A stretch of 64,000 bases of DNA. Origin: Eledone cirrhosa (lineage: Eukaryota). Numbering within the stretch: the stretch's first letter is position 1; the number at the start of each line of letters is the position of its first letter. Both the position numbers and the translations under genes were made by a program. The notes under the pieces were generated by a model that worked only from the letters and a program-made list of their open reading frames with translations, did no database searches and was not told the DNA's origin. The DNA lies in the NCBI GenBank assembly GCA_964016885.1, contig OZ024766.1, positions 8,618,001 through 8,682,000 of the forward strand. The letters are read 5' to 3'. Shown in pieces: positions 25,908 through 38,915 of this stretch.

Positions 25908-26240
25908 GGAGGCACATGGCTTAGTAGTTAGAGCATTGGCCTTGCAATCGAAAGGTTGTGAGTTCAATTCTCAGACCGGGTGATGTGTTGTTTCCTTGAG
26001 CAAGACACTTTATTTCACATTGCTCCAGTTTACTCAGCTGTAGAAATGAGATGATAGGGACCCCAGTCCCTATCATTCCACTGCAAAGTGGTCGTGGAGG
26101 TGCCACGGCAAAAAAGCACCCAGCACTCACTGTAAATGAGGTTGGTGTTAGGAAGGGCATCCAGCTGTAGAAATCAAGCCAGAATCAGTTCCCGTCCCAC
26201 CCTTGCAAGCAGGGAAAAAGCGGATGTAAAATGAAAATGA
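25908..26240 (+). mobile_element. tRNA-derived CORE-type SINE; copies at 23260-23598(-), 33667-34075, 39842-40224, 49392-49740, 52540-52870
   Basis: A-box TGGCTTAGTRG, B-box GAGTTCAATTCT, MIR-core-like ccttgagcaagacactt...ctcagctgtagaaatgag, RTE-like tail. Confidence 0.85.
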
Positions 26241-26255
26241 AATGAAAATGTATAT

Positions 26256-26316
<61 letters not shown>

Positions 26317-26499
26317 GGTGTGTATATAAATATATATATATATGTATGTGTGTATATATATATATATGTATGTGTGTATATAAATATATATATATATAAA
26401 TTTGTTTTGCAAGGTTTTTGATATGAAATATAGTTATACTTGGGGAGGGTCATATTGTTGTAATATTGCCAGAAATAATAACAGAACACACTCACTGTT

Positions 26500-26924
26500 T
26501 GGTTGGTTTTCACTTCTGTATCTTTTATATCTCCATAGTTAATTTATTTGGCAATCAATGTTTATCATTGACTGACCAACGGTTAAAAATACAGATATAA
26601 ATATATATATATTTCCTTTTTAACGATCGACTTTCGTCAAATCGGACCGAGGAAACAATGTTTCCGTTGGTCTTTCCAGTTGCTAATACTATCTATCGGT
26701 CGCAACTCCAGGTAGAAGGAGCAACGTGAAATAAAGTGCCTTGCTCAAGGACATAACGCATCGCCCGGTCCAGGAATCGAACTCACAACCTCAAGATTGT
26801 GAATCCAATTCTCTAACCACTCAGCCAAAGTTCTTTTGTTGCACATCTGTGACATCATCAGTGGTACTATTATGTTTCCTCCTATTGTATTGTATCGTAT
26901 TGTAATTTATTTCTTCTTCAAGAA

Positions 26925-26959
<35 letters not shown>

Positions 26960-27170
26960 AAATAGCGTAGACATACAATACAATAGGGAGGGAAACATAA
27001 TAGTACCACTGATGATGTTGCAGTTGTGTGACGAAAGAACTTTGATAGACTATATATATATATATATATATATTTATATCTGTATTTTTAACCGTTGGTC
27101 AATCAATGATAAACATTGATTGCCAAATAAATTAACTATGGAGATATAAAAGAGACAGAAGTGAAAACCA
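26500..27170. mobile_element. Interrupted inverted-repeat element with degenerate hammerhead motifs (26825-26863 minus, 27004-27048 plus)
   Basis: Arms 26500-26610 / 27065-27170 are inverted; CTGATGA-stem-GAAAGAACT like the 51-kb element; a SINE is inserted at 26625-26825. Confidence 0.6.
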
Positions 27171-27457
27171 ACATTATTTCTGGCAATCATCATCATCATC
27201 ATCATCATTTTACGTCCGCTTTTCCCTGCTTGCAAGGGTGGGACGGGAACTGATATATTAATATGAAATATTATAACAATATGACTGAGTTCAAATCCCG
27301 CCGAGGTTAACTTTGCCTTTCATCCTTACGGGGTCGATAAAATAAAGTACCAGTAATACACTGGGTGATTGCTGGCCTTGTGCCCCCAAAAGTAGAAACA
27401 ATTATTACAATATGACCCTCCCCAAGTATAACAATATATATATAGATGTATGTATAA

Positions 27458-27498
<41 letters not shown>

Positions 27499-27607
27499 TA
27501 GTTTCCATTTATTAATATCGTATGTTTACTCCAAATACTTGTTGAGTGCTTTATATCAGTTATAAAAATATTTGCTTGTTGTATCCCAACAATTTAAATA
27601 GAACTTT

Positions 27608-27652
<45 letters not shown>

Positions 27653-27809
27653 CAATAAAAATATACCAACAATTATTATTATTATTTTTCGTAAATAAAG
27701 TACCAGTAATGTACTGGGTATTTGCTGGCCTTGTGCCAATAGTAGAAGCAATTATTTTTCGTAAACCCATAAAAAAAAAAAAAGAAAAAAAAAAGGGAGG
27801 CTTTCTTAC

Positions 27810-27987
27810 ATCGACCTTCATTTTCGGTTGGGAGTTCATATATGTGAACAGTTTCTTGTAGTTGTGGTACTGCAGGCTCCATTCATCTGGTTTGTCAAAG
27901 CGGAAATCATCCCCCAGGGGCACCAGGACTATATTCTGGCGGTAGAGCTGCGATTTCTTACGGTATTGGTCAAGTAGTATTTCAGCC
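27810..27987 (-). CDS. MAN2A1: alpha-mannosidase II exon 8 (acid/base Asp)
   Basis: AEILLDQYRKKSQLYRQNIVLVPLGDDFRFD...; 178 nt, phase 2-0. Confidence 0.95.
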
Positions 27988-28009
27988 CTGGTCAATAGAG
28001 AGATAGATA

Positions 28010-28289
28010 TATTTCTTTATTAGCCACAGGGGCACAAAAGAAGGGGACAAATACAAAGGGGGAAGTTTACATACAATAAAAACGTGTAAAATGTTATCAC
28101 AGATGGAATTTAAAAAGTTAGTCGATTCTCCCCAATAGAGGGAGACAGTTTATATGGGTAACACATACCCCCGAAAAAAATGTGCAACCCTCATCTCCAG
28201 GAGTACGAAGAGTTTGTACTCCCTTCCTCTCCTCCTCCTTTTCCTCAACCTACAGGCTGATATAGAGAGAAGGCCCATTCACTATAGAG

Positions 28290-28328
<39 letters not shown>

Positions 28329-29205
28329 TAGATATATTTCTTTATTTGCCACAAGGGCGCACAAGAAAAGGGCACAATACAAAGACATGCCGGGGATTTT
28401 ACATACAGTTGTGTAAAAAATATAAAAACAAACAATTTCAACAATCGAAATCCCCAATAGGGGGGGAGGCGCCACAAATGGGTTGTTTAATACCCCGTCG
28501 ATAGAACGACCCTCAACTCGAGGAGCGTGTTGTGCAAGTGCTTCCTTCTTCCCTTTGCTCTCTTCCTCAACCTAGAGGTTTATATACAGAGAAGGTCCAA
28601 TCACTCGGTCCATTTTTGCTTCATTCACCCACCTTTCAGTAAATTTACTGGGGTGCAGTGCCTCTCTCTCCACCCTGATAGATATGTTTCTTTATTAGCA
28701 ACAGGGGCACAAAAGAAGGGGACAAATACAAAGGGGGAAGTTTACATACAATAAAAACGTGTAAAATATTATCACAAATGCAATTTAAAAAATTAGTCGA
28801 TTTTCCCCAATAGGGGGAGACATTACATACGGGTAACACATACCCCCGAAAAAATGTGCAACCCTCATCTCCAGGAGTACGAAGAGTTTGTACTCCTTTC
28901 CTCTCCTCCTCCTTTTCCTCAACCTACAGGCTGATATAGAGAGAAGGCCCATTCACTCGGGCCATTCTCACCACTTTCACCCACCTTTCATAAAACTTGC
29001 TGGGGTACAGCACCTCTCTCTCCATCCTGATCCTTCTTCCAAAGTGGTATTTGAAAAAAAGAATCAGTTGTTAGCCGGAGAGAAAGGTGTCTGACCTCAG
29101 CCCTTTCAACCTCGTCCACCATACAACCTCTTTCACCATAGCTATCACACAAAGGAAAACCGCCTCTCCTTCGTTTTTGAAGGAGGGTGGCGATTTGATC
29201 ATGAC
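28010..29205 (-). mobile_element. Stacked Tx1/L1-like LINE 3' ends (3 pieces, plus another at 29735-29810)
   Basis: FLCVIAMVKEVVWWTR...FYERWVKVVRMARVNGPSL C-terminus; each piece ends in AATAAA next to a GATA/GACA repeat. Confidence 0.6.
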
Positions 29206-29888
29206 AGATAGACAGACAGACAGATAGATATACATATATAGATAGGTAGAGAGGTAGATCATCATCATCATCACCGTTTTACGTCCGTTCTTCCACGCTA
29301 GCATGGGTTAGACGGGTTGTCCTGTTGTGTGCAGTGTCTGGTCGGCTGACCATGCCTTGCTCATACAGGAACTGATCTGGCTTGATTTCTACAGCTGGAT
29401 GCCCTTCCTAACACCAACCTCATTTACAGTGAGTGCTGGGTGCTTTTTCGTGGCGCCTACACGACCACTTTACAGTGTGGGCTGGGTGCTTTTTCGTGGA
29501 GCCTACACGTCCACTTTACAGTGTGGGCTGTGTCCTTTTTTGCCGTGGCACCTCCACGACAACCTTGCGGTGGGAGGTGTGGGGGCATATTGTTTATATG
29601 CTTCAGCATGTACCCATGGGAGGTCGGGTACTCTGTATTACTGCATGACGCCAGAAGTCACGGTCGTGTGTCATTGTCTTTGAGAGGTGTGATTGGGTAA
29701 GGTCGGCTTTTATCACCTCATCCCAGGTCATATATTTTTTTATTTGCCACAAGGGTGCACAAGAAAAGGGGACAAAACAAAGACAGATGCCGAGAATTTT
29801 ACATACAATCGTAGATAGATAGATAAACAGTGAGACAGACAAACAAACATCTCCACCAGCACTGCCCCAACCCTCAACCCCACCTTAC

Positions 29889-30075
29889 CTCTCAGCCACG
29901 TTGGCGTCGTCAATGACAACCGGAGCAATCTTCCAGGGACAGTTGTATCTCATACCAGGAAGACGGGCAAAGTCGAACTGGCAGCAGATCTTAGGGTCAG
30001 GTCCACACGTGTGGGGGACATCGTACGAGTAGAAGGGCATCATGTGACAAAAAATGTCCGTGCGTCCCGAGTCAT
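29889..30075 (-). CDS. MAN2A1: alpha-mannosidase II exon 7
   Basis: [35 protein letters not shown]...CPWKIAP...NVAER; 187 nt, phase 1-2. Confidence 0.95.
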
Positions 30076-30108
30076 CTGGAAAATCAACAACAACAACTAT
30101 GATATCAA

Positions 30109-31112
30109 TCTAAACGATAATAAAGTAAGGAGTGCGGGACTGTGCCCAGAATATATTTTTTTTATAGTAAAATAAGTTTTTTAGTAAAGACCAGCAATTA
30201 GCCAGTAAATTACTGGTACTTTATTTTATCGACCCCGTAAGGATGAAAGGCAAAGTTAACCTCGGCGGGATTTAAAATCAGAATGGCAAGGCTTTGAATA
30301 AATAATGAATGAATATTACATAATTTATCTACTAAATTTTGTTATTCTTGATTAAATATAAATACTTTTATTGCTTATTTAAAGATTCACTTCTTTAAAA
30401 TTTTCAAATGTCAACACTTCCGGTTAGCGATCGCTTAAATAAACATACTAATTTTCTGTCACTAATTTTCTTCTAATGCAGTTTCATCATCATCGTTTAA
30501 CGTCCATCTTCCACGCTTGCATGGGTTTGGACGGGAGTTTTCCCACTTGAGGCAAGATTGGTTGTCCTGCTCGTATAGGACTGTCTGGCGGGTTTTCTAC
30601 GGCTGGATGCCCTTCCTAACACCAACCACATTTACAGTATATATCTATATATCATCATCATCATCCTCATCATCGTTTAACGTCCATCTTCCACGCTTGC
30701 ATGGGTTTGGACGGGAGTTTTCCCACTTGAGGCAAGATTGGTTGTCCTGCTCGTATAGGACTGTCTGGCGGGTTTTCTACGGCTGGATGCCCTTCCTAAC
30801 ACCAACCACATTTACAGTGTGGACTGGGAGGTTTTTACCGTGTTACCTACACGGCCACATTACAGCGTGGACTGTGTGTTTTTTTGTCGTGACATATAAT
30901 ATCGTCTTTTTTTAATGTATCATGGATTACGTTACTGATTACATAAGACAGTGTAACACAGTCTTCGTTCAATTTCTATGTATTATATATTGTCAATTAC
31001 GATGTTAATTGATGTATCATATCTACATGTATATATATACTTGTGTATAATATCAATATACACACTACACATGCTAGCAGAAAACCACCCGAAGTGTGGT
31101 TTTCTGTTAAAA
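30109..31112 (+). mobile_element. Non-autonomous Helitron-like element (copy 1) with nested SINEs
   Basis: Collinear with 34345-35394; subterminal hairpin cagaaaaccac-ccgaagt-gtggttttctg. Confidence 0.55.
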
Positions 31113-31519
31113 GTAATAACTGTTTCTACTTTAGGCACAAGGCCAGCAATTATCCCAGTGTATTACTGGTACTTTATTTTATCCACCCCTGTAAGGATGA
31201 AAGGCAAAGTTAACCTCGGCGGGATTTGAACTCAGACCATAAATGACAATGATGATGGTGACGATGGCAATGATTATGATGGTGGTGGTGGTGGTGGTGG
31301 TGGTATAATGATGGTGGTGGTGGTGGTGGTGGTATAATGATGATGGTGATGATGATGTTTACAATGATAATGATGGCGATGATGATGATGATAAAAATAA
31401 ATAAATAAAAATAAAATTAATAAAAATAATAATAAAAAAAAATAAAAATAAAAAAAAAATAAAAAATAAAAAATAAAAAATAAAAAATAAAATAAAAATA
31501 AAAAACCCTTAAAACTGAC

Positions 31520-31693
31520 CCCATTCTTGTCGCCATAGAAACTCGAGCTCCTTTTTTTTGGCCAGGTATTTCTTGACAGAGTAGTGGACTCTCTGTATCA
31601 CCATATTCTTCAGTCCCATCTGTTTCAACAGGTAGGCCATGGTTGGAGACAACCCAAACGGGTCTATTGACCACCCTGACTGGGGTTTCACAC
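31520..31693 (-). CDS. MAN2A1: alpha-mannosidase II exon 6 (catalytic nucleophile)
   Basis: [22 protein letters not shown]...[10 protein letters not shown]...FLWRQEW; 174 nt, phase 1-1. Confidence 0.96.
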
Positions 31694-32029
31694 CTGTTGA
31701 GATATATAACGAGGAGAAATAGGATAATGGTGGTGGAGGTGTAGTGGTGGTGTTGTGGTGGTGGTGGTGGTGGTGTTGTGGTGGTGGTGTAGTGGTAGTG
31801 TGGTGGTGGTGGTGGTGGTGAAGGTGTAGTGGTGGTGGAGGTGTTGTTGTGGTGGTGGTGGTGGAGGTGTTGTGGTGGTGGTGGTGGTGTAGTGGTGGTG
31901 GAGGTATTGTGGTGTGGTGGTGGTGTAGTGGTGGTGGTGGTGGTGTAGTGGTGGTGTGGTGGTGTAGGAGGTGTTGTGGTGTGGTGGTGGTGGTGTCGTG
32001 GTGTTTGTGTTGGTGTGCAGGTTATTATG

Positions 32030-32062
<33 letters not shown>

Positions 32063-32144
32063 GCATATATATATATATATGTATGTATATATATATATGC
32101 ATATATATATGTATGTATATATGTATATATACATTTTTATACAT

Positions 32145-32176
<32 letters not shown>

Positions 32177-32245
32177 CTATACATATATACACATTTTTAT
32201 ACATACAGATATATATATATACATGTGTGTGTGTATGTATATATG

Positions 32246-32298
<53 letters not shown>

Positions 32299-32316
32299 AT
32301 GTATGTATATATATCT

Positions 32317-32364
<48 letters not shown>

Positions 32365-32584
32365 GTGTATATATAGAGATACATCTATACACACATACAT
32401 ATACATATATATATATATGCACCAATGAAGGAGCCTTCATATGGTAGGTAAACTTGCTAGAAATAGCAGCAAAGTCTCCCTCAAATTACACCCTACATGT
32501 CATACATCTGCCTCCTCGGGGAAGACCCGTGGCTAAACAACAACAACATGGTAGAGAGTGCAGCAGGCGGGGTGTCACACTTAC

Positions 32585-32712
32585 CCAGGGTGCCGTTCAG
32601 CCATGTGTGGCCTTCTATCATCTGGTCAATCATGGCGTAGTAGTGGGCGTTAGCTTCATCGGTCATTACCCAGCCCCCAGCTACCATCTCGAGTCTGCCT
32701 TCACTGATGAGC
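32585..32712 (-). CDS. MAN2A1: alpha-mannosidase II exon 5
   Basis: [43 protein letters not shown]; 128 nt, phase 2-1. Confidence 0.95.
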
Positions 32713-32744
32713 CTGGTGGTGGTGGTGGAGAGATATAGATAGAC

Positions 32745-32775
<31 letters not shown>

Positions 32776-32995
32776 AGGCGTGTGGCTGAGTGGTTAGAGA
32801 ATTGGATTCACAATCGTGAGGTTGTGAGTTCGATTCCTGGACCAGGCGATGCGTTATGTCCTTGAGCAAGACACTTTATTTCACGTTGCTCCTTCTACCT
32901 GGAGTTGCGACCGATAGATAGTATTAGCAATTGGAAAGACCAATGGAAACGTTGTTTCCTCGGTCCGATTTGACAAAAGTCGATCGAGTAAAAAA
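32776..32995 (+). mobile_element. Second CORE-type tRNA SINE family (different tail); copy at 26625-26825(-)
   Basis: TGGCTGAGTGG A-box, GAGTTCGATTCC B-box, ccttgagcaagacactt core, poly-A end. Confidence 0.75.
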
Positions 32996-34099
32996 AAAAA
33001 AAAAAAATAGATAGAGAGAGAGAGATAGAGAGAGAGGGGGAGAGATGTATATATTATATACTATTATATACATATATATATATATAACGAAGGAAATGTG
33101 GTAAGGAACCAGGTGGACCATAACGCACCAAAGTACTCAATACTTAGGGTAATAGAGTGGGTAATAAGAACGAGTAGACCCCGACGGCTGAGCTCAAGCC
33201 GTTTCGACGGCTAATTCTGGACTAAAATAGTCCAGAATTAGCCGTCGAAACGGCTTGAGCTCAGCCGTCAGGGTCCTACTCGTTCCTATATATATATAGA
33301 TAGATATGGTTAAGAGAGTGGGACTGGCTTTGTGCAGTGCCTTTGCTCACTATAAAAGCTTCACGGCACAGGCATTGCTTTATATCTGGAGATCTCTCTG
33401 CCCATGTTGTCACATGGTACCATGGGCCCAGCACTATGTGTCAATAATTGTCACAAGTGTAGTGTTTGTACCAGAGTTTTCAAGTCGCTGGCTGGACTAA
33501 AAAGTCACACTCGTTCAGCGCATCGGTAGGGGTTCTCCTACATGGATATAAAGTAGTGGCCGTACTCGAAAACGAGTTGGCAGCCACCATCATCATCATC
33601 ATCATCATCAGATATCATCATATCATCATCATCATCATCATCATCATCATATAGATATATATATATGGAGGCACATGGCTTAGTGGTTAGAGCATTGGGC
33701 TTGCAATCGAAAGGTTGTGAGTTCAATTCTCAGACCGGGTGATGTGTTGTTTCCTTGAGCAAGACACTTTATTTCACATTGCTCGAGTTTACTCAGCTGT
33801 AGAAATGAGATGATAGGGACTGGGGTCCCTATCATTCCACTGCAAAGTGGTCGTGTAGGTGCCACAAGAAGCACCCAGCACTCACTGTAAATGAGGTTGG
33901 TGTTAGGAAGGGCATCCAGCTGTAGAAATCAAGCCAGAATCAGTTCCCGTATGAGCAAGACAGGGTCAGCCGAGCGGACACTGCCCACAACAGGACAACC
34001 CGTCTAACCCATGCAAGCGTGGAAGAATGGAAGTAAAACGGTGATGATGATGATGATGATGATGATGATGACGATGATAATACATCTAGGAATACTTAC

Positions 34100-34271
34100 T
34101 TTTTGACTCTAGTTCTTTTCTCATGACTTATCTCATTCCACCACATTGAAAAGAAGGACATTTCAGCATAGATTAACTTCATATCAGTCATTTCTTCTAG
34201 TTTGACCAACATGTTCTCAAATATACCCCTGGCTTGTTGTTGATAGTAACCGACAAAGGTTTTCAACCACC
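34100..34271 (-). CDS. MAN2A1: alpha-mannosidase II exon 4
   Basis: WLKTFVGYYQQQARGIFENMLVKL...IYAEMSFFSMWW...; 172 nt, phase 1-2, donor GTAAGT; not in the ORF track. Confidence 0.93.
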
Positions 34272-34344
34272 CTACATGAATAAAACAAAAGCTGGCATTA
34301 TATATAAATGTTGATATTTATGCTTACTTCCCATATTATGTATT

Positions 34345-35394
34345 GTAACTATAATAAAGTAAGGATTGTGGGACTGCGTCCAGAATATATTTTTTTTATC
34401 CCATTAGTAAAATAAGTTGGATTACTTTGAATAAATAACTGTTTCTACTTTAGGCACAATTACCCAGTGCATTACTGGTACTTTATTTTATCGACCCCGT
34501 AAGGATGAAAGACAAAGTCAACCTCGGCGGGATTTGAACTCAGATCGTAAAGGGACGTAACTATGCTGGAAAGCATGGCGTCCGCCCCTCTACCGATACT
34601 GCCAATCCACCGTCCTTACTTTGAATAAATAATGAATGAATATTACATAATTTATCTACTAAATTTCGTTATTCTTGATTAAATATAAATAATTTTGTTG
34701 CTTATTTTAAGATTCACTTCTTAAAAATTTTCAAATGCCAACACTTCCGGTTAGCGATCGCTTAAATAAACATTCATATATTTCCGTCACTAATTTCCTC
34801 CTATATATAATATTGTCTTTTTTTAATGTACCATGGATTACGTTACTGATTACATAAGACAGTGTAACACAGTCTTCGTTCAATTTCTATGTATTATATA
34901 TTATCAATTCCGATTTTATTTGATGTATCATATCTACATGTATATATACTTGCGTATAATATCAATATACACACTACACATGCTAGCAGATATATAATAT
35001 CGTCTGTTTTTAATGTATCATGGATTACGTTACTGATTACATAAGACAGTGTAACACAGTCTTCGTTCAATTTCTATGTATTATATATTCTCAATTACGA
35101 TGTTATTTGATGTATCATATCTACATGTATATATACTTGTGTATAATATCAATATACACACTTCAAAAGCTAGGAGATATATAATATCGTCTTATTTTAA
35201 ATGTATCGTGGATTACTGATTACATAAGACAGTGTAACACAGTCCTCGTTCAATTTCTATGTATATTATATATTCTCAATTATGATGTTATTTGATGTAT
35301 CATATCTACATGTATATATATACCTGTGTATAATATCAATATACACACTACACATGCTAGCAGAAGACCACCTGAAGGGTGGTTTTTCTGCTAG
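34345..35394 (+). mobile_element. Non-autonomous Helitron-like element (copy 2) with 3 internal ~190-bp repeats
   Basis: Ends in hairpin cagaagaccacc-tgaag-ggtggtttttctg followed by CTAG|T. Confidence 0.6.
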
Positions 35395-35529
35395 TAAAAC
35401 TAATGATCTTATAACAAACTTCTGATATTCAACTTAAATCTGCTCCAAACAAGTCTTGCAAGCAGGGATAAGCGGACGTAAAATGATGATGATGATATAT
35501 ATATATATATATTTAAGGCTGAAGTACTA

Positions 35530-36150
35530 GCTGTGGTACAGTGTGGTATAGTGTAGTGCAGTGTGGTATAGTGTAGTGCAGTGTGGTATAGTGTAGTGCA
35601 GTGTGGTGTAGTGTAGTGTGGTATAGTGTGGTGCAGTGTGGTGTGGTGTGGCATGGTGTAGCTTAGTCTGGTGGTGTATAGAATGGTGCAGTGTATTATA
35701 GTGTAGTGTAGTGTAGTGCAGTGTGGTATAGTGTGGTGTGGTGTGGCATGGTGTAGCTTAGTCTGGTGGTGTATAGAGTGGTGCAGTGTAGTATAGTGTA
35801 GTGTAGTGTAGTGTAGTGTAGTGTAGTGTAGTGTAGTGTGGTGTGGTGTGGCATGGTGTAGCTTAGTCTGGTGGTGTATAGAGTGGTGCTGTGCAGTGTA
35901 GTGCGGTGCAGTGCAGTATAGTGAAGTGTAGTGGTGGTGTAGTGTAGTGTAGTAAAGTGTAGTGTAGTAAAGTGTAGTGTAGTGAAGTGTAGTATAGTGA
36001 AGTGTAGTGTAGTGTAGTATAGTATAGTGTAGTGTAGTATAGTGTAGTGTAGTGTAGTGTAGTGTAGTGTAGTGAAGTGTAGTGGTGGTGTAGTGTAGTA
36101 TAGTGAAGTGTAGTGGTGGTGTAGTGGTGGTATAGCGTGGTGCGATGAAG
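35530..36150. repeat. (GTGTA)n-type pentanucleotide microsatellite
   Basis: Direct inspection. Confidence 0.9.
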
Positions 36151-36191
36151 TGAGGAAGTGATACGGTGGGAATGAAAGGGGTGACACATAC

Positions 36192-36339
36192 CTGGGTCAC
36201 AGTGTGTGTGAGGTACCACAAACACCTGGAGTTTGTCACGGACTTCCCAGTGGTTTGGGGTGTACGCTATGTTCCAGCCTTGCTTCCACACACCCCCATC
36301 AACGTTGTCAAACGGGATCACATCGTAGGCATTGCGGAT
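36192..36339 (-). CDS. MAN2A1: alpha-mannosidase II exon 3
   Basis: IRNAYDVIPFDNVDGGVWKQGW...VFVVPHTHCDPG with zinc ligands H and D; 148 nt, phase 0-1. Confidence 0.95.
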
Positions 36340-36377
36340 CTGGGGGAGAGAAAGAGGCATAAATATGTGTGTGTGTA

Positions 36378-36416
<39 letters not shown>

Positions 36417-36441
36417 GGAGAGAGGGAGAGAGAGGGAGAGA

Positions 36442-36476
<35 letters not shown>

Positions 36477-36719
36477 ACTGAGTTAGACAGAGAGAAGAGA
36501 GACAGAGAGACAGACAGAGAAGAGAGACAGAGAGACAGACAGACACAGAGACAGACAGACAGACAGACAGAGTGACAGACAGACAGACAGAGAGACAGAC
36601 AGACAGACAGAGAGACAAACAGACAGACAGAGAGACAGACAGACAGAGACAGACAGACAGAGAGACAGACAGACACATTAATCTAGAGTTTTTTAACTCA
36701 GACACACAAACCTAAAAAT

Positions 36720-38612
36720 CCTTAAAGAATTTCTCACGTTAAGCTAGGGTTTTTAACAGACACACACCCCTAAATCCTAAAAACCGTTAAACATAAAATT
36801 TCTCACCTTAAGCTAGGGTTTTTAACAGATACCCCCCCCCCAGACCCTTAAAAATAAAATTGTTCACCTTAAGTTAGGGTTTTAACAGATGCACAAAGCC
36901 CCTAAACCTTAAAAATAAAATTGTTCACCTTAAGTTAGGGTTTTAACAGATGCACAAAGCCCCTAAACCTTAAAAATAAAATGTCTCACCTTAAGTTAGG
37001 GTTTTAACAGACACACAAAGCCGCTAAACCTTAAAAATAAAATGTCTCACCTTAAGTTAGGGTTTTAACAGACACACAAAGCCCCTAAACCTTAAAAATA
37101 AAATGTCTCACCTTAAGTTAGGGTTTTAACAGAGACACAAAGCCCCTAAACCTTAAAAATAAAATGTCTCACCTTAAGTTAGGGTTTTAACAGACACACA
37201 AAGCCCCTAAACCTTAAAAATAAAATGTCTCACCTTAAGTTAGGGTTTTAACAGACACACAAAGCCCCTAAACCTTAAAAATAAAATGTCTCACCTTAAG
37301 TTAGGGTTTTAACAGACACACAAAGCCCCTAAACCTTAAAAATAAAATTGTTCACCTTAAGTTAGGGTTTTAACAGACACACAAAGCCCCTAAACCTTAA
37401 AAATAAAATTGTTCACCTTAAGTTAGGGTTTTAACAGACACACAAAGCCCCTAAACCTTAAAAATAAAATGTCTCACCTTAAGTTAGGGTTTTAACAGAC
37501 ACACAAAGCCCCTAAACCTTAAAAATAAAATGTCTCACCTTAAGCTAGGGTTTTAACAGACACACAAAGCCCCTAAACCTTAAAAATAAAATTGTTCACC
37601 TTAAGCTAGGGTTTTAACAGACACACAAAGCCCCTAAACCTTAAAAATAAAATTGTTCACCTTAAGTTAGGGTTTTAACAGACACACAAAGCCCCTAAAC
37701 CTTAAAAATAAAATGTCTCACCTTAAGTTAGGGTTTTAACAGACACACAAAGCCCCTAAACCTTAAAAATAAAATGTCTCACCTTAAGTTAGGGTTTTAA
37801 CAGACACAAAGCCCCTAAACCTTAAAAATAAAATTGTTCACCTTAAGTTAGGGTTTTAACAGACACACAAAGCCCCTAAAGCTTAAAAATAAAATTGTTC
37901 ACCTTAAGCTAGGGTTTTAACAGACACACAAAGCCCCTAAACCTTAAAAATAAAATTGTTCACCTTAAGTTAGGGTTTTAACAGACACACAAAGCCCCTA
38001 AACCTTAAAAATAAAATGTCTCACCTTAAGTTAGGGTTTTAACAGACGCACAAAGCCCCTAAACCTTAAAAATAAAATGTCTCACCTTAAGTTAGGGTTT
38101 TAACAGACACACAAAGCCCCTAAACCTTAAAAATAAAATTATTCACCTTAAGTTAGGGTTTTAACAGACACACAAAGCCCCTAAACCTTAAAAATAAAAT
38201 GTCTCACCTTAAGTTAGGGTTTTAACAGACACACAAAGCCCCTAAACCTTAAAAATAAAATTATTCACCTTAAGTTAGGGTTTTAACAGACACACAAAGC
38301 CCCTAAACCTTAAAAATAAAATGTCTCACCTTAAGTTAGGGTTTTAACAGAGACACAAAGCCCGTAAACCTTAAAAATAAAATGTCTCACCTTAAGTTAG
38401 GGTTTTAACAGACGCACAAAGCCCGTAAACCTTAAAAATAAAATGTCTCACCTTAAGTTAGGGTTTTAACAGACACACAAAGCCCCTAAGCCTTAAAAAT
38501 AAAAGACGCACAAAGCCCCTAAGCCTTAAAAATAAAATTGTTCACCTTAAGTTAGGGTTTTAACAGACGCACAAAGCCCCTAAACCTTAAAAATAAAAGG
38601 TCTCACCTTAAG
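36720..38612. repeat. 61-bp minisatellite (~31 copies) containing the exon 2 donor
   Basis: aaaaataaaatgtctcaccttaagttagggttttaacagacacacaaagcccctaaacctt; the last unit overlaps the real junction at 38606/38607. Confidence 0.95.
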
Positions 38613-38915
38613 CTGTGTTTTCGACTCAGTTCTGAAAGCGGGACAGACACCTCCAGGTATGGCGACCTCAGGACGAGGTTGTTGAGGAAGGAGCAGACTC
38701 AAGTCAGAGTCCCAGAGGGTTTCGACTTGGTCAGCGTCCTTAATGGGCTCTTCCAAGTCTTCGTTCTCAAACAGGTGCTTCAACTTGGTGATGCTGGACT
38801 TGTCTCCGTTGGCAATGTGTCGGAGAATCTTCTTGATTTCCCGAATTGTTCCGTGATTCTTGTGGATGTCCTGCTCGACTTTGTGGATTTGGGACTCAAT
38901 AGAATTGAAGTCATT
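38607..38915 (-). CDS. MAN2A1: alpha-mannosidase II exon 2 (stem / coiled-coil region)
   Basis: ctctacAG|NDFNSIESQIHKVEQDIHKNHGTIREIKKIL...KTQLK|GTGAGA; 309 nt, phase 0-0. Confidence 0.88.

Noticed and set aside
25908-25985. tRNA genes at SINE heads
   Set aside because: A/B boxes are followed by CORE and LINE-tail sequence in multiple copies, so these are SINEs.
36720-38600. Interstitial telomere
   Set aside because: Only one TTAGGG and one CCCTAA per 61-bp unit, not tandem telomeric repeats.
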